Shown: one piece after another, positions 9,234 to 19,203 of the stretch
Numbering within the stretch: the stretch's first letter is position 1
Layout: each line of letters opens with the position of its first letter
Source of the DNA: Candidatus Latescibacterota bacterium
GTDB taxonomy: Bacteria > Latescibacterota > UBA2968 > UBA8231
Reading direction: 5' to 3'
Length of the DNA: 64,000 bases
Assembly (NCBI GenBank): GCA_965204725.1
Contig: OZ242005.1
Span: 2,784,001 to 2,848,000 of the forward strand
The notes under the pieces: generated by a model
What the model was told of the DNA's origin: nothing
Seen by the model: the letters and a program-made list of their open reading frames with translations, nothing else
Databases searched by the model: none
Program-made: the position numbers and the translations under genes

Positions 9234-11486
9234 CTAGCTCCCGGCCAATGCGGCGACAATGCGGTCGGGCTTCATGGGCAATTCCTGCGGACGCACGCCA
9301 ACGGCATCCTCAATGGCAGCGGCTAGGGCGGCGGGCGGCGGGGCGATGTTGGCCTCGCCCACGCCGCGCACGCCATAAGGATGGCCCGGGTTGGGAACCT
9401 CGACGATGATGGTCTCGATCATCGGCAGGTCGAGGCTGGTTGGGATCCGGTAGTCGAGATAGCTGGAGTTATCGAGGTGGCCGTCGGGATTGTAGAAGTA
9501 TTCCTCGTTGAGCGCCCAACCAATGCCTTGTACCGAGCCGCCCTGCATCTGGCCCTCGACGTACGCCGGGTGAATCGCCCGGCCCGCGTCTTGGACGACC
9601 GTAAAGCGCAGGACCTCGACCTTGCCGGTCTCGGGATCCACCCTGACATCGGCGATGTTGGCCGCAAAGGAACCGCCGACGCCCGAGTCTGGATCCACCG
9701 TGGCGCGGCCAATGACCGGGCCGCCGGTCTCTTCGACTCGGCCGGCTAGTTCCTTAAAGGTCATAGCGTTGTCGCCGGAACGGAAGACGCCGTCGGCAAA
9801 CTCGACTTGGCCCACTTCGACCTCCCAGAGCTGGGCCGCGCGCTCGCAGAGCTGATCCCGCACGTCGAGGGCGGCCTTGTACGCGGCCCAGCCGGTGGCG
9901 TACGTCACGCGGCTACCGCCGGTTACGTCCGTGTGGCCAATGGAGTCGGTGTCGCCCACCTGCGGCTTGACGTCTTCGGCCCGCAGGCCCAAGGTCTCGG
10001 CAAACTGCATGGCGACCGATGTGCGCGTACCGCCGATGTCGGTCGAACCCTCGACTAAGCTGACCGTGCCGTCTGCGTTGACGCTGGCCGTGCAGGACGA
10101 CTTGAGCCCGACGTTGAACCAATAGCCGACCGAGATGCCGCGCCCGCCGTTGGGGCCAGCCGGTGCTGGACTCTGGTAGTGGTCCGAGTGGGCGATGGCT
10201 TCCAACACCTCCTTGCAGCCCATCTTGGGATACACCACGCCGTCAATGCGGCGGGTGCCGGTCGTCGCGCTGTTCTTGAGCCGGAGCACTAGCGGCTCCA
10301 TCCCCAATTCGGCGGCCAGCAAATCGACCACGTGCTCAGTGGCAAAGGCCACTTGCGTCGAGCCTGGGGCGCGATACGCGAAACTCCGCGGCTTGTTGAC
10401 CACTACGTCATAGCAGTCAATCCGGCCATCGGGGATGTCGTAGCACGAAAACACGCACATCGCAGCCGCGCCGACTAAGCCGCCGGGATACGCCCCGGAC
10501 TCAAAGGCGATATAGGCGTCGGCGGCCACGATTTTGCCGCTCTTGTCCGCGCCCATCTTGATCTTGATGTACGACCCGGGCGTCGGGCCAGTGCTCTCGA
10601 AGACAGCTGGCCGGGTCATAACTAGTTTGACGGGTTGGCCGCTCGCCTTGGAGAGCAGGGCGGCGACCGGCTCCAAGTAGATCGGGATTTTGCCGCCAAA
10701 GCCGCCGCCGATTTCTTGGGGCACGACCTTGATCTTGGAAATGGGCATGTCCAAGACCGCGCCGACTTGGGCGCGGGCGGTGAACGACCCTTGGGTACTA
10801 GTCCAAATCGTCAGTTGGCCATCGGCGTTCCAGCTCGCCGTGGCGTTGTGCGGCTCGATGTACCCTTGATGCACGGTCGCGGTCTGAAACTCGCGTTCCA
10901 CAATCACGTCGGCCTCGGCAAAGGCCCTGTCTGGATCGCCGAGCCGGTGTTCAAAGTGGGTGGCGAGGTTGCTCTTGCGGCCGGTATCTTCGCCAAACTC
11001 TTGGGTCGTCATGTCGTCGTGGAGTTGCGGCGCGCCCTCCTGCATGGCTTCGCGCACATCGAGCACTGGCTCTAGGACCTCGTACTCGACTTCGATCAGG
11101 TCGAGCGCTTCTTCGGCAAGATGGACGTTGGTGGCCGCGACCGCGGCGACGGGATGCCCGCTGTACAGGGCTTTATCGGTAGCCAGCACGTTGTCGCGCA
11201 GGTACTTGAGCCGGGCTGGGCCTTCGCCGAGATCGACGATCTGGTCGCCGGCATCGGGCAGGTCCGTGCCCGTGAGAACGGCCTTGACCCCAGGGAGGGC
11301 AGCGGCCTTAGAGGTGTCTATGGACTTGATGCGCGCATGGGCGTGGGGCGAGCGCAGGACCTGTCCGTAGAGCAAGCCGGCCAATCGGGTGTCGGCCCCG
11401 TACAGGGCGCGCCCGGTGACCTTGTCGACGCCATCGTGGCGAATGGGACGGGTGCCGATGACTTTGTAGCCGTTGGTAGCAGACAT
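9234..11486 (-). CDS. Xanthine dehydrogenase-family molybdopterin-binding (large) subunit
   Basis: DGVDKVTGRALY, IGGGFGGK, AYRAPG, GQMQGG, RGVGE. Start at MSATNGY after a GAGGAGG RBS. Confidence 0.92.
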   Translation of the reverse strand: MSATNGYKVIGTRPIRHDGVDKVTGRALYGADTRLAGLLYGQVLRSPHAHARIKSIDTSKAAALPGVKAVLTGTDLPDAGDQIVDLGEGPARLKYLRDNVLATDKALYSGHPVAAVAATNVHLAEEALDLIEVEYEVLEPVLDVREAMQEGAPQLHDDMTTQEFGEDTGRKSNLATHFEHRLGDPDRAFAEADVIVEREFQTATVHQGYIEPHNATASWNADGQLTIWTSTQGSFTARAQVGAVLDMPISKIKVVPQEIGGGFGGKIPIYLEPVAALLSKASGQPVKLVMTRPAVFESTGPTPGSYIKIKMGADKSGKIVAADAYIAFESGAYPGGLVGAAAMCVFSCYDIPDGRIDCYDVVVNKPRSFAYRAPGSTQVAFATEHVVDLLAAELGMEPLVLRLKNSATTGTRRIDGVVYPKMGCKEVLEAIAHSDHYQSPAPAGPNGGRGISVGYWFNVGLKSSCTASVNADGTVSLVEGSTDIGGTRTSVAMQFAETLGLRAEDVKPQVGDTDSIGHTDVTGGSRVTYATGWAAYKAALDVRDQLCERAAQLWEVEVGQVEFADGVFRSGDNAMTFKELAGRVEETGGPVIGRATVDPDSGVGGSFAANIADVRVDPETGKVEVLRFTVVQDAGRAIHPAYVEGQMQGGSVQGIGWALNEEYFYNPDGHLDNSSYLDYRIPTSLDLPMIETIIVEVPNPGHPYGVRGVGEANIAPPPAALAAAIEDAVGVRPQELPMKPDRIVAALAGS

Positions 11487-11499
11487 GGCGTTCCTCCTC

Positions 11500-11979
11500 T
11501 CAGGCGCTTTGGCGCACTTCCTCGGCGGCGTCGAGGACCGCGCGGATGATCTTGTCGTAGCCGGTGCAGCGGCACAAGTTGCCGGCCAGCCAGTGCCGCA
11601 CTTCGTGTTCGGAAGGGTTGGGATTGTGATCGAGCAGTGCCTTGGAGGCCACCAAAAAGCCCGGAGTGCAGATGCCGCATTGGAGCGCGGCGTGTTCGAG
11701 GAACTTCTGCTGCACCGGGTGTAGGCTATCCGGGCTGGCAAGGCCCTCGACCGTTTCGACTTGTTTGCCCTCGGCCTCGACGGCCAGCATGAGACAAGAA
11801 TCGACGAGGATGCCATCGACTGCGACCGAGCACGCGCCGCAGTTGCCGTCGTTGCAGCCCTCTTTGGTGCCGGTGAAGCCGAGCGTCTCGCGCAATACTT
11901 CGAGCAGGCTCTGGCGCGGCTCGCAGAGAAATTCGGTTGGCTCCCCGTTGATCGTGGTCTGGACGTGTGTTTTGCTCAT
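11500..11979 (-). CDS. Xanthine dehydrogenase-family 2Fe-2S subunit
   Basis: GCNDGNCGAC, QCGICTPG, GNLCRCTGY. Confidence 0.95.
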   Translation of the reverse strand: MSKTHVQTTINGEPTEFLCEPRQSLLEVLRETLGFTGTKEGCNDGNCGACSVAVDGILVDSCLMLAVEAEGKQVETVEGLASPDSLHPVQQKFLEHAALQCGICTPGFLVASKALLDHNPNPSEHEVRHWLAGNLCRCTGYDKIIRAVLDAAEEVRQSA

Positions 11980-12052
11980 ATACCTTAACTCCGAATTTGG
12001 GCCGCCTGTTGCGGCGAGTGAAGAGCTTCAATGGTCGGTGTAACTGCTAACT

Positions 12053-12961
12053 TTAGCCGGCTGCTTCCTGCACGGCGTTGGCGACGAACTGGCCGCGGGC
12101 CCGAGCGATAGCACCCGCAAGGGTGCGCTTGACCAAGACCCCGACGAGGTGCGTGCGGAACTCGGCCGGGCCGCGCATATCGGAAATCGGCCGCGCCACG
12201 CTCTGAGCGGCGGCTGCCGCGGCCGCGATGGCCTCGTCTGAGACGGCTTGACCGGCTAGGCTATCGCCGGCCTCGCGTGCGAAAATCGGCGTGGGGCCAA
12301 CCGCCCCGAGCGCAATGCGCACGGCCTTAAACTCCTTGCCGCGATTGGCCAAGACAACGTGCGAGGACACGCCGACGACGGCAATATCCATCTCATTGCG
12401 CGGAATGAAGCGCTGGTAGTGAGAGCCGGTGTTCTTCTTGGCAATCGGCATCTGGAGAGCCACCAAGAGCTCGCCGGGCGCGAGCACATTGCGGCCCGGG
12501 CCGGTGCAAAAGTCCTCTACGGCGACTTGACGTTTGCCATCCGGCCCGGCGATGTGGCACACGGCCGAGTGGGTAATCAGGCTGGGGGTCGCGTCTGCGC
12601 TGGGAGAGGAGTTGCACAAATTGCCGCCAAAAGTGGCGCGGCCTTGGATTTGGATGCCGCCGATAATGGCGGCCGAATCGACGAGCCCAAGGTAACGCTC
12701 GACGATTTCGGGGTCGTTGTAGATGCGCCAGCAGGGCACGGCCGCGCCAATGACCAAACCCCGGCGGGGACCGTAGGAAAGCTCGTTGGCCTCGGGGACG
12801 TTCTTGATGTCGAGGATGCAGTCGGGCTCAAAACGCTTGCCGCGCAACTGGACGATCAAGTCGGTGCCGCCAGCGAGGACGCGGGCGGCCTCGCCTTTTT
12901 CGGCTTTGAGGCCCACAGCCTCGCGCAACGTGCTAGGGGCGCAGTATGCAAAATTTTTCAA
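12053..12961 (-). CDS. Xanthine dehydrogenase-family FAD-binding subunit
   Basis: LAGGTDL, QGRATFGGNLCNSSPSAD, PISDMRG. Confidence 0.93.
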   Translation of the reverse strand: MKNFAYCAPSTLREAVGLKAEKGEAARVLAGGTDLIVQLRGKRFEPDCILDIKNVPEANELSYGPRRGLVIGAAVPCWRIYNDPEIVERYLGLVDSAAIIGGIQIQGRATFGGNLCNSSPSADATPSLITHSAVCHIAGPDGKRQVAVEDFCTGPGRNVLAPGELLVALQMPIAKKNTGSHYQRFIPRNEMDIAVVGVSSHVVLANRGKEFKAVRIALGAVGPTPIFAREAGDSLAGQAVSDEAIAAAAAAAQSVARPISDMRGPAEFRTHLVGVLVKRTLAGAIARARGQFVANAVQEAAG

Positions 12962-13120
12962 GGAAAAGCCTCCTCGCTTGTAAGTGGTCGCTACGTTCGC
13001 GCCTAATTATGGAATGCGCCATCCGTGCTGTCAAGAGCGGTAAAAGGCGCGGCGCAATGGGCTGGATAGCTGGATTTTGCTGGGGAAAACCCTCGGCGTG
13101 GAGTGCTTCAGGCCGACGAG

Positions 13121-13155
13121 ATGCGCCCTCCGCAAAGAAGAAGCGGAGGGCGCAT
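13121..13155. terminator. Perfect 13-bp inverted repeat (terminator-like)
   Basis: ATGCGCCCTCCGC-9nt-GCGGAGGGCGCAT just downstream of the 13185 stop. Confidence 0.6.
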
Positions 13156-13184
13156 TGGCGAGGTTCGACTGTTTTCCGCCCCCC

Positions 13185-15014
13185 TTAGGGGAGCTTCGTC
13201 ATCTTCTTGGTTTCTACGCGCCCATCCACTTCGGCCCGATAGAGATACACGCCAGCGGCCACATCCCGACCCACCTCGTCGCGGCCATTCCAAGTAAAGC
13301 GATGAGCACCCGCCGGCAGCGACCCTTGCCATAGCTGCCGCACCCGACGACCCAACGCGTCGTACACGGCCAGCGACGCCTGCGCCGCGTCCGTCGCCAA
13401 ATCAAGGGGGATCACGACAGCCGGGTTGAACGGATTGGGATAGCTGTGGCCCAGCCGATGGTGCGCTGGCCGAGCACCCGACGCCATCGTCACCGCCGTC
13501 GGCGCTCCTGCCCCTGAATTCTCGAGCATGTACACACCGCCCAAGGCTGGGTCCAACACCACCAAGTCTAGGTCGCCGTCGCCATCGACATCGCCGGGCA
13601 GCACACTGACCCCATCGCCCGCCAAGCGATGCGTTTCCGTTTCTTGGGTCGGGTTCAAGCCCCCACCCCACTCGACAAACACTCCAAGACCCGACGCCCG
13701 GTTGCCGCCGACAAACACCCAATCATCTACCTCGTCGGCGTTCAAATCGCGCACCACCACCCGTGAGCGCAGAAATAGCTGTTCGTCGTAGAGAACCTGC
13801 TCGTTATATATCGCCCCCGAGGCGGAAAGCCCTTGCAAGACGAGGCCCATGCCCCATTCAAAGGAGTTGTGTTGGAGGTGCCAGAGCCACTCCCATTGCC
13901 CATCGCGATCAAAATCGCCCCCCGGAATGTCAAAGAGGGGTTCCGTCAAATCCAAGAGGACTTCGAGATCGCCCGGACTTATAGTGAGGACCTCTTCTTG
14001 GAGATCCGGCCCGATAGACCAAACCTCAATTTCGTCTCCCTTCCGTATCACAATCTCGTCTTGGCCATCGCCATCTACATCGTTGGCGAGTAGATACCAA
14101 GGGTACGGGTCTTGGGTATATCCGAGGCGCGCGGATTCAAAGGCCCCATGGCCATCATTGAGGGCCATGACCCAACCCTGAGGAGGCCGCCAGCCAGAGG
14201 GGGGATCCCCCTCATAAGGGGCAAACCGATCCGCGAAAAGGTCTAAGTCGCCATCGCCATCTAAGTCGATCAAGACGCCGCCCCATCGCCCTATACCCGG
14301 TATAATCGGATAAAACACCGGTGGCGCGAAAAGACCGGGGCGATCCAAGTGAAAATACGCTACGGGCGGCGGGGCCAATTCGCCCTGCAAACGCTCTTCA
14401 GGGCCGGTCAACTCGATCCAGTCGATCTCAAGGTGCCCGACCAACTCGTCCACGGACTGGAGCTCTGCCGTTTCGTTCCGAGAAAAGAAAAAAGCCAGCC
14501 GAATATCCCGTAAAAGCCCCTCCCACACGATATCATCTCGGCCGGAGAGGGTAAACTCTACTTCCTGCCACTCGGTGGTAGTGTAAGTGGAATCGTCCAT
14601 GGAGTGGATCGCAAACCGGCTCTTTGACAGCCTTTCTGGGTCTTGCCCTGGGGCCGCGAGATTGTGCTCATTCGTCCAAGCAAGCCGAACGAGCCCTACC
14701 TCAGGGCGATGGTGTGCGGTGCGGAACCGGACTCGCACCCGGTCGAATAGGTGCGAACCGTAGCCTATGGTAGAGGAAATCAAGTCCACATTCGGGGAAA
14801 GATCCCTTTTTCTGGCTACCGAGGGCGAGACATCGACCCTCCACACGCCGTCTTCAACTTCCCCCGGAAACAGATGAAATTCACTGGACCCGCCCCATGC
14901 AGTTGCTGTTTTGGCAGCCCACCCTTGCATCGTTCCGTCGTCGAAATCCCACTTGACTGCCTCGGCGAGGCTGCTCCACAGCACTACGCATACAAAAACG
15001 ACGAACTTCAACAT
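13185..15014 (-). CDS. Secreted FG-GAP/VCBS-repeat protein with C-terminal FlgD-Ig (T9SS-CTD-like) domain
   Basis: Signal peptide, DxDGDGDLDL repeats, tail YPNPFN...WNGRD...AAGVYLY...KKMTKL. Confidence 0.85.
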   Translation of the reverse strand: MLKFVVFVCVVLWSSLAEAVKWDFDDGTMQGWAAKTATAWGGSSEFHLFPGEVEDGVWRVDVSPSVARKRDLSPNVDLISSTIGYGSHLFDRVRVRFRTAHHRPEVGLVRLAWTNEHNLAAPGQDPERLSKSRFAIHSMDDSTYTTTEWQEVEFTLSGRDDIVWEGLLRDIRLAFFFSRNETAELQSVDELVGHLEIDWIELTGPEERLQGELAPPPVAYFHLDRPGLFAPPVFYPIIPGIGRWGGVLIDLDGDGDLDLFADRFAPYEGDPPSGWRPPQGWVMALNDGHGAFESARLGYTQDPYPWYLLANDVDGDGQDEIVIRKGDEIEVWSIGPDLQEEVLTISPGDLEVLLDLTEPLFDIPGGDFDRDGQWEWLWHLQHNSFEWGMGLVLQGLSASGAIYNEQVLYDEQLFLRSRVVVRDLNADEVDDWVFVGGNRASGLGVFVEWGGGLNPTQETETHRLAGDGVSVLPGDVDGDGDLDLVVLDPALGGVYMLENSGAGAPTAVTMASGARPAHHRLGHSYPNPFNPAVVIPLDLATDAAQASLAVYDALGRRVRQLWQGSLPAGAHRFTWNGRDEVGRDVAAGVYLYRAEVDGRVETKKMTKLP

Positions 15015-15038
15015 GACGACACCTCCATAGAAAAATTA

Positions 15039-15133
15039 ACGAGTCCGAGGCCGTGCTCGACGATTTCGGGGTCATTGTAGATGTGCCAGCAGGACACGGC
15101 CACGCCGAGAACCAAACCCCGGAGAGGGTCGTA
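15039..15133 (-). repeat. Degenerate ~95-bp duplicate of an internal segment of the XDH FAD-subunit gene (12681-12775)
   Basis: GCTCGACGATTTCGGGGTCaTTGTAGATGtGCCAGCAGGaCACGGCC...ACCAAACCCCGG matches 12697-12764 with scattered substitutions. Confidence 0.85.
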
Positions 15134-15328
15134 CTAGGTGTGCCGGCGACTACGTTTTGCTTCGTATTGTTCGTACTGCTTGATAAACAGCCTCTTTTCC
15201 TCTTCTGTTGGTTCGGGGTTTCGGGTTTTCTTGGAATAGGACCGCGAACCTAAATCAATGGACGAGTGTTCTATAAAATTCTTCAGCTCATCCATCTCAG
15301 AGATATTGGGATAAATATTCTGTCTCAT
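15134..15328 (-). CDS. Small (64 aa) charged hypothetical protein
   Basis: AGGAGG RBS. Starts 15 nt after the proteasome-like gene, same strand and same AT-rich composition. Confidence 0.65.
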   Translation of the reverse strand: MRQNIYPNISEMDELKNFIEHSSIDLGSRSYSKKTRNPEPTEEEKRLFIKQYEQYEAKRSRRHT

Positions 15329-15343
15329 AAAATTCCTCCTTGG

Positions 15344-16345
15344 TCATCTAGGGGTTATATGGCCTTGGAGCTTATAGGCTTCCTCAGAAATAAATCTGAA
15401 TCCATCCTTCCGGTCAATGATTGCCAGATGTATATCGCCACCGACCGTAGGCATTGAATCTCCAAATTCTTGTACTCTAACCATGAGTTCGACAAGCCAA
15501 TATACGCAATTTATAGCGTTTTGCGTGGAAAAATCTCCGTAATCGGCATTAAATCCCTCGAGTCGCCAAGGCTGTTCGCTGCTAGGGTCATCGGGGTTTT
15601 CTAAGCCAAATATATGGAACTTCTCGAAAAAATTATCTAAATCCGGCAAAACTATATCTCGATTTTCATGCTGCAATTCGTCTATAAATCGATATAGAAG
15701 AAACCTGTACCTTTCTTCTATCAAACGCATATTGAAGGGGTCTGTTCCATGAATAAGACGAGCGATTTCTCTGAATTGTCCACCAAATACTATGCCATAA
15801 TAGCCATCCAATTCAAGTCTGGCATCGCCAGAAGGAAAGTTTACACGGTAAATTTTAGGGGGACTGTCATTGGATTCCCAGCCTCCAATAAGAAGCTCAA
15901 TTTCTGGTTGGAATACATTGTCTGGATATTCTTTTTTATAGTACTCCTGAATTTCATCGACTAACCTTTGAGTAACACAATGAATTGTATAGGGTTCCTC
16001 AAAAGTGCCCTTTTGAGCGAAATCTTGAATGATACTCTTCAAGGTTGTATCACCAATAGATATACTGCCAGAGGTCATAACACCAACATGTTTATTTAGC
16101 TTAAAAAGCTTATCTATGTGTGTCATGTGGCTATAAGGTATATTTTTATTGTGAGAATGAATGTGTTCCCAAAAATTCGATAGAACTGGTTTTCCATTCT
16201 CGTCTGTTATGAGCTCGCCGTCTCTGTCAAAATCAAAATATTGAGCTAACTCATAAGGATCAACCATATTTCGACTGACAGTGCCAAGGCTATCACATCC
16301 CATCACAATTACATCTTTAGTTGAGAAAGTAATAAGTGTTGTCAT
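15344..16345 (-). CDS. Proteasome beta-subunit/Ntn-hydrolase-fold protein
   Basis: N-terminal M-T-T, GCDS (D17-like), DKLF, MTSG, LLIGG, C-terminal PTVGGDIHLAII. AT-rich. Confidence 0.75.
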   Translation of the reverse strand: MTTLITFSTKDVIVMGCDSLGTVSRNMVDPYELAQYFDFDRDGELITDENGKPVLSNFWEHIHSHNKNIPYSHMTHIDKLFKLNKHVGVMTSGSISIGDTTLKSIIQDFAQKGTFEEPYTIHCVTQRLVDEIQEYYKKEYPDNVFQPEIELLIGGWESNDSPPKIYRVNFPSGDARLELDGYYGIVFGGQFREIARLIHGTDPFNMRLIEERYRFLLYRFIDELQHENRDIVLPDLDNFFEKFHIFGLENPDDPSSEQPWRLEGFNADYGDFSTQNAINCVYWLVELMVRVQEFGDSMPTVGGDIHLAIIDRKDGFRFISEEAYKLQGHITPR

Positions 16346-16440
16346 AATACTTCCCTCATTCGTGGCTTTCTTTTAGAACGAAAAAATATAGAATAACCTA
16401 TGTCCAGCAACGAGCTATGTCAACGATCAACGATGGCTCG

Positions 16441-17304
16441 TCAATCGCTCCTTCCTCTCGCTTCTAGGCTCCAATAGATCGTTTCGATCCAGCGCGGCGT
16501 TGGCACGAAAGCCCACTCCCACGACGCCCATTGCGGGTCGAGCCCCTCTGCACGGATTTGGTCGAGGGACATGCCCGCGTCCCGGCGCGTCCGCACACTG
16601 GCCGTAGTCTCCACTAACATGCGATGGTACGTCTTCAGATCGTCGAGGGTGGCGACCGGACCGTGACCGGGGATGATTTTGGTGTCCGCGGGAAGCTGGT
16701 CGACGAGCGTGGCGATGTGTTGCGTCAGGGTCTCGACATCGCCGCCGTACTCTAGATCGACAAAGGGGAAGAGGCCGTTAAAGAAGAGGTCGCCGAGATG
16801 GGCAATCTGGGCGTTGACAAAGAATACGGCGATGTCCCCGTCGGTATGGCCGTGGGGGAAGTGAACGGCGCGGATTTCCTCGCCGTTGAAGAACACGGAC
16901 GCCGACTGCTCAAACGCAATCTCTGGCAAGGCAACCGCCGGCGCAGCCTCAATGAACCGCTTGCCAAATTCACCCCCCGTAGCCAAGCGTTTGCGGACGT
17001 TGGTGTGCGCCAAAATCGTCGCGTGCTGGCCCAAGGCGCGGTTGCCGCCGGTGTGGTCGGCGTGGAAATGCGTGTTGAAGATGTACTGGGGCTGGCCAGC
17101 AAAACGGGCTAGCGCGGCGCGTAGCGCATCGGCCTGCGACGCCAATTTGGCATCAACCAACAGAATGCCATCGCTGCCGACGCAAACCCCGACATTGCCG
17201 CCACCACCCTGCAACACATACACCGCGTCGCTGAGTTGGGAAAGCGACAGTTCGGCGGCCGCTGGGCTAGCCGCCCACAGCACCGCGATTAGTAACAAGC
17301 GCAT
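16441..17304 (-). CDS. Secreted MBL-fold metallo-hydrolase (cyclase-like)
   Basis: NTHFHADHTGGN, GHTDGD, PGHG and a signal peptide. Confidence 0.9.
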   Translation of the reverse strand: MRLLLIAVLWAASPAAAELSLSQLSDAVYVLQGGGGNVGVCVGSDGILLVDAKLASQADALRAALARFAGQPQYIFNTHFHADHTGGNRALGQHATILAHTNVRKRLATGGEFGKRFIEAAPAVALPEIAFEQSASVFFNGEEIRAVHFPHGHTDGDIAVFFVNAQIAHLGDLFFNGLFPFVDLEYGGDVETLTQHIATLVDQLPADTKIIPGHGPVATLDDLKTYHRMLVETTASVRTRRDAGMSLDQIRAEGLDPQWASWEWAFVPTPRWIETIYWSLEARGRSD

Positions 17305-17344
17305 GTTCCTTTTCCTCCGTGCTTAGGTTCAGTGGGGTGGGAGG

Positions 17345-17412
17345 ACTGATGTTACTTACTACACGACACCAGCCGCTTCCTTCCAAGGAGCGAGGGCATC
17401 TTGCCCTCGATC
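17345..17412. repeat. Short intergenic palindrome / REP-like remnant
   Basis: CGAGGGCATCTTGCCCTCG hairpin at 17391-17409, preceded by ACTGATGTTACTTACT. Single copy in window. Confidence 0.4.
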
Positions 17413-17416
17413 CCGA

Positions 17417-19042
17417 TTACCGATCCCTCTTCCCCTCTTCGATCATTAAATACCGATTGACTGGCAAGTCGGTAAAAATCTCGCGGTGCTGGTCGGGCCA
17501 GCGCACTTCGAGCGTATCGACTCGCTCGACGCGCCCTAGCCCAAAGTGAAGGCGGCGGTCCTCGCTGGAGAGGAAACTGCTGCCGCAGACGAGGTCGCGG
17601 ATCTGCGTCCGCTTGCCAGCGACGAGGCGCGCTCTAGCGCCAATGCCATCGCGGTTGCCGCGCGTACCAACCAAGCGCAGGCCCAGCCAATTCCGCCGGT
17701 TGCCCACATCGTTTCGCAGCAACGAGGGCCGGTCGTCGAGATTGGCAACGAAAACATCCAAGTCGCCATCGTCGTCAAAGTCGAGCAAGTTGGTGCCGCG
17801 GCTGACGCGGGGCACCTTGGGGCCGAGCGCGACGGGAGTGAACGTTCCATCGCCACCATTGGCAAAAAGGTGATTGGGCTGGGCATAAGCACTGCCGCTG
17901 CCGGAGCGGTCAATCTGCGGATACACGTGACCATTGGCTACCAACAAATCGAGGTCGCCATCGTGGTCAAAGTCAAAGAACCCCGCGCCAAAGCTCACGT
18001 GCGCCCACCCGACACGCCCCAAGGCCGCTTCGCCGCTGACATCCGCAAAGGTGCCGTCGCCCTCGTTGCGATAGAGGGTATTGTACTCGTCTTCAAAATG
18101 CGTGGCGAGCAAGTCGGGCCGGCCGTCGTTGTCGTAGTCGCCCCAAGCCACCCCCATGCTCGCTTGGATTTGTCCGCTGCGGCCGTAGGCCAAGCGGGCT
18201 GGGAGGGAGCGGTCGGTAAAGCGACCATCGCCGCGATTGCGATAAAAAAAGTTCGGGCTAGAGTCGTTGGCTACGAACAGGTCGGGCCAGCCATCGGCGT
18301 CGGCGTCCGCAAACAGGACGCCCAAGCCGTAGCCGGGGGAGGGATGGTTGAGGCGCGCCCAAGCGGTGATGTCGGCAAACTCGTCGCCGTCGTTGCGGTA
18401 AAACACGTCCGCCGCCCCGGTCAACCCCCTCGGGCCGACGAAGACATCGACTCCCTTCCATTGCGCGCCCAAGCGCTCGACCGCAGCAGAATCAAATATG
18501 GCATAGATCGCCACGTACAGGTCGAGGTCGCCGTCGCGGTCGTAGTCGGCCCAAGCCGCGCCCGTGCTCCAATGAGACGTAGCCACACCAGCCGCTGCGC
18601 CCACATCGGCGAAGGCCACGCCGTCGTTGCGAAAGAGCACATTCTCCCGCAGTTGGGTCGCGTACAGGTCTGGGTCCCCGTCGTTGTCAAAGTCCGCACT
18701 CGTCGCACCCATGCCCCAGCCGCGGCCGGCGGTCCCGAGTGCCTCGCCCACATCGACAAAGCCGGTCGGACCATCGTTGCGGAAAAGCGCGTGCCCGCCG
18801 CTTGGGCCATTAACCCAATAGAGGTCTTGGTCGCCATCGAGATCAAAGTCGAGCGCGGCGGTGCCGCCGCCTTTGGCCTCGGGGATATAGCCCTTTTCTA
18901 AACTGCCGCTCGCGTGGACGCGGGTCAGGCCGAGTTCGGCGGCCACATCGACGAAGGGCGAGCGCGGCTCGGCTGCGACGCCGCACGTCCATAGCATGAC
19001 CGCGCAGAGGGCGCGGGCCGTGTTGGAGAGAAACGTGGGCAA
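17417..19042 (-). CDS. CRTAC1/ASPIC-UnbV family FG-GAP repeat protein
   Basis: Repeated DFDxDGDxDL, NRDGIGAR, SFLSSEDRRLHFGLG, VRWP. Confidence 0.92.
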   Translation of the reverse strand: MPTFLSNTARALCAVMLWTCGVAAEPRSPFVDVAAELGLTRVHASGSLEKGYIPEAKGGGTAALDFDLDGDQDLYWVNGPSGGHALFRNDGPTGFVDVGEALGTAGRGWGMGATSADFDNDGDPDLYATQLRENVLFRNDGVAFADVGAAAGVATSHWSTGAAWADYDRDGDLDLYVAIYAIFDSAAVERLGAQWKGVDVFVGPRGLTGAADVFYRNDGDEFADITAWARLNHPSPGYGLGVLFADADADGWPDLFVANDSSPNFFYRNRGDGRFTDRSLPARLAYGRSGQIQASMGVAWGDYDNDGRPDLLATHFEDEYNTLYRNEGDGTFADVSGEAALGRVGWAHVSFGAGFFDFDHDGDLDLLVANGHVYPQIDRSGSGSAYAQPNHLFANGGDGTFTPVALGPKVPRVSRGTNLLDFDDDGDLDVFVANLDDRPSLLRNDVGNRRNWLGLRLVGTRGNRDGIGARARLVAGKRTQIRDLVCGSSFLSSEDRRLHFGLGRVERVDTLEVRWPDQHREIFTDLPVNRYLMIEEGKRDR

Positions 19043-19203
19043 GGTGTAGGGTGGCCCCTACGGCGGGATGGGTGTTGATCGATAATGGCTCATAGCGCGT
19101 AACCCGTCGTTCCTGTGAAAGAACATCACCCCCAGAAGGGCACGGGGTGGACTCCGGTTTGCGCTGGAGGAACCACGCATCGATTTGACAGACCTTTCTC
19201 CAT

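Noticed and set aside
9234-12961. Aerobic CO dehydrogenase (coxMSL)
   Set aside because: The gene order fits, but the active-site loop is AYRAPG, not AYxCSFR (form I) or AYRGAGR (form II). Called a generic XDH-family enzyme.
15134-15328. Pup/UBact-like tag
   Set aside because: Similar size and next to a proteasome-fold gene, but it lacks the C-terminal GG(E/Q), and no PafA/Dop genes are present.
17546-18901. Long antisense ORFs (e.g. 451 aa here, also 959-1813 and 57633-58697)
   Set aside because: These are shadow frames of well-supported genes in GC-rich DNA, with no motifs or RBS.
19058-19203. Riboswitch or ncRNA in the intergenic gap
   Set aside because: Some hairpin potential, but no recognisable conserved motif. 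An Rfam scan would be needed.
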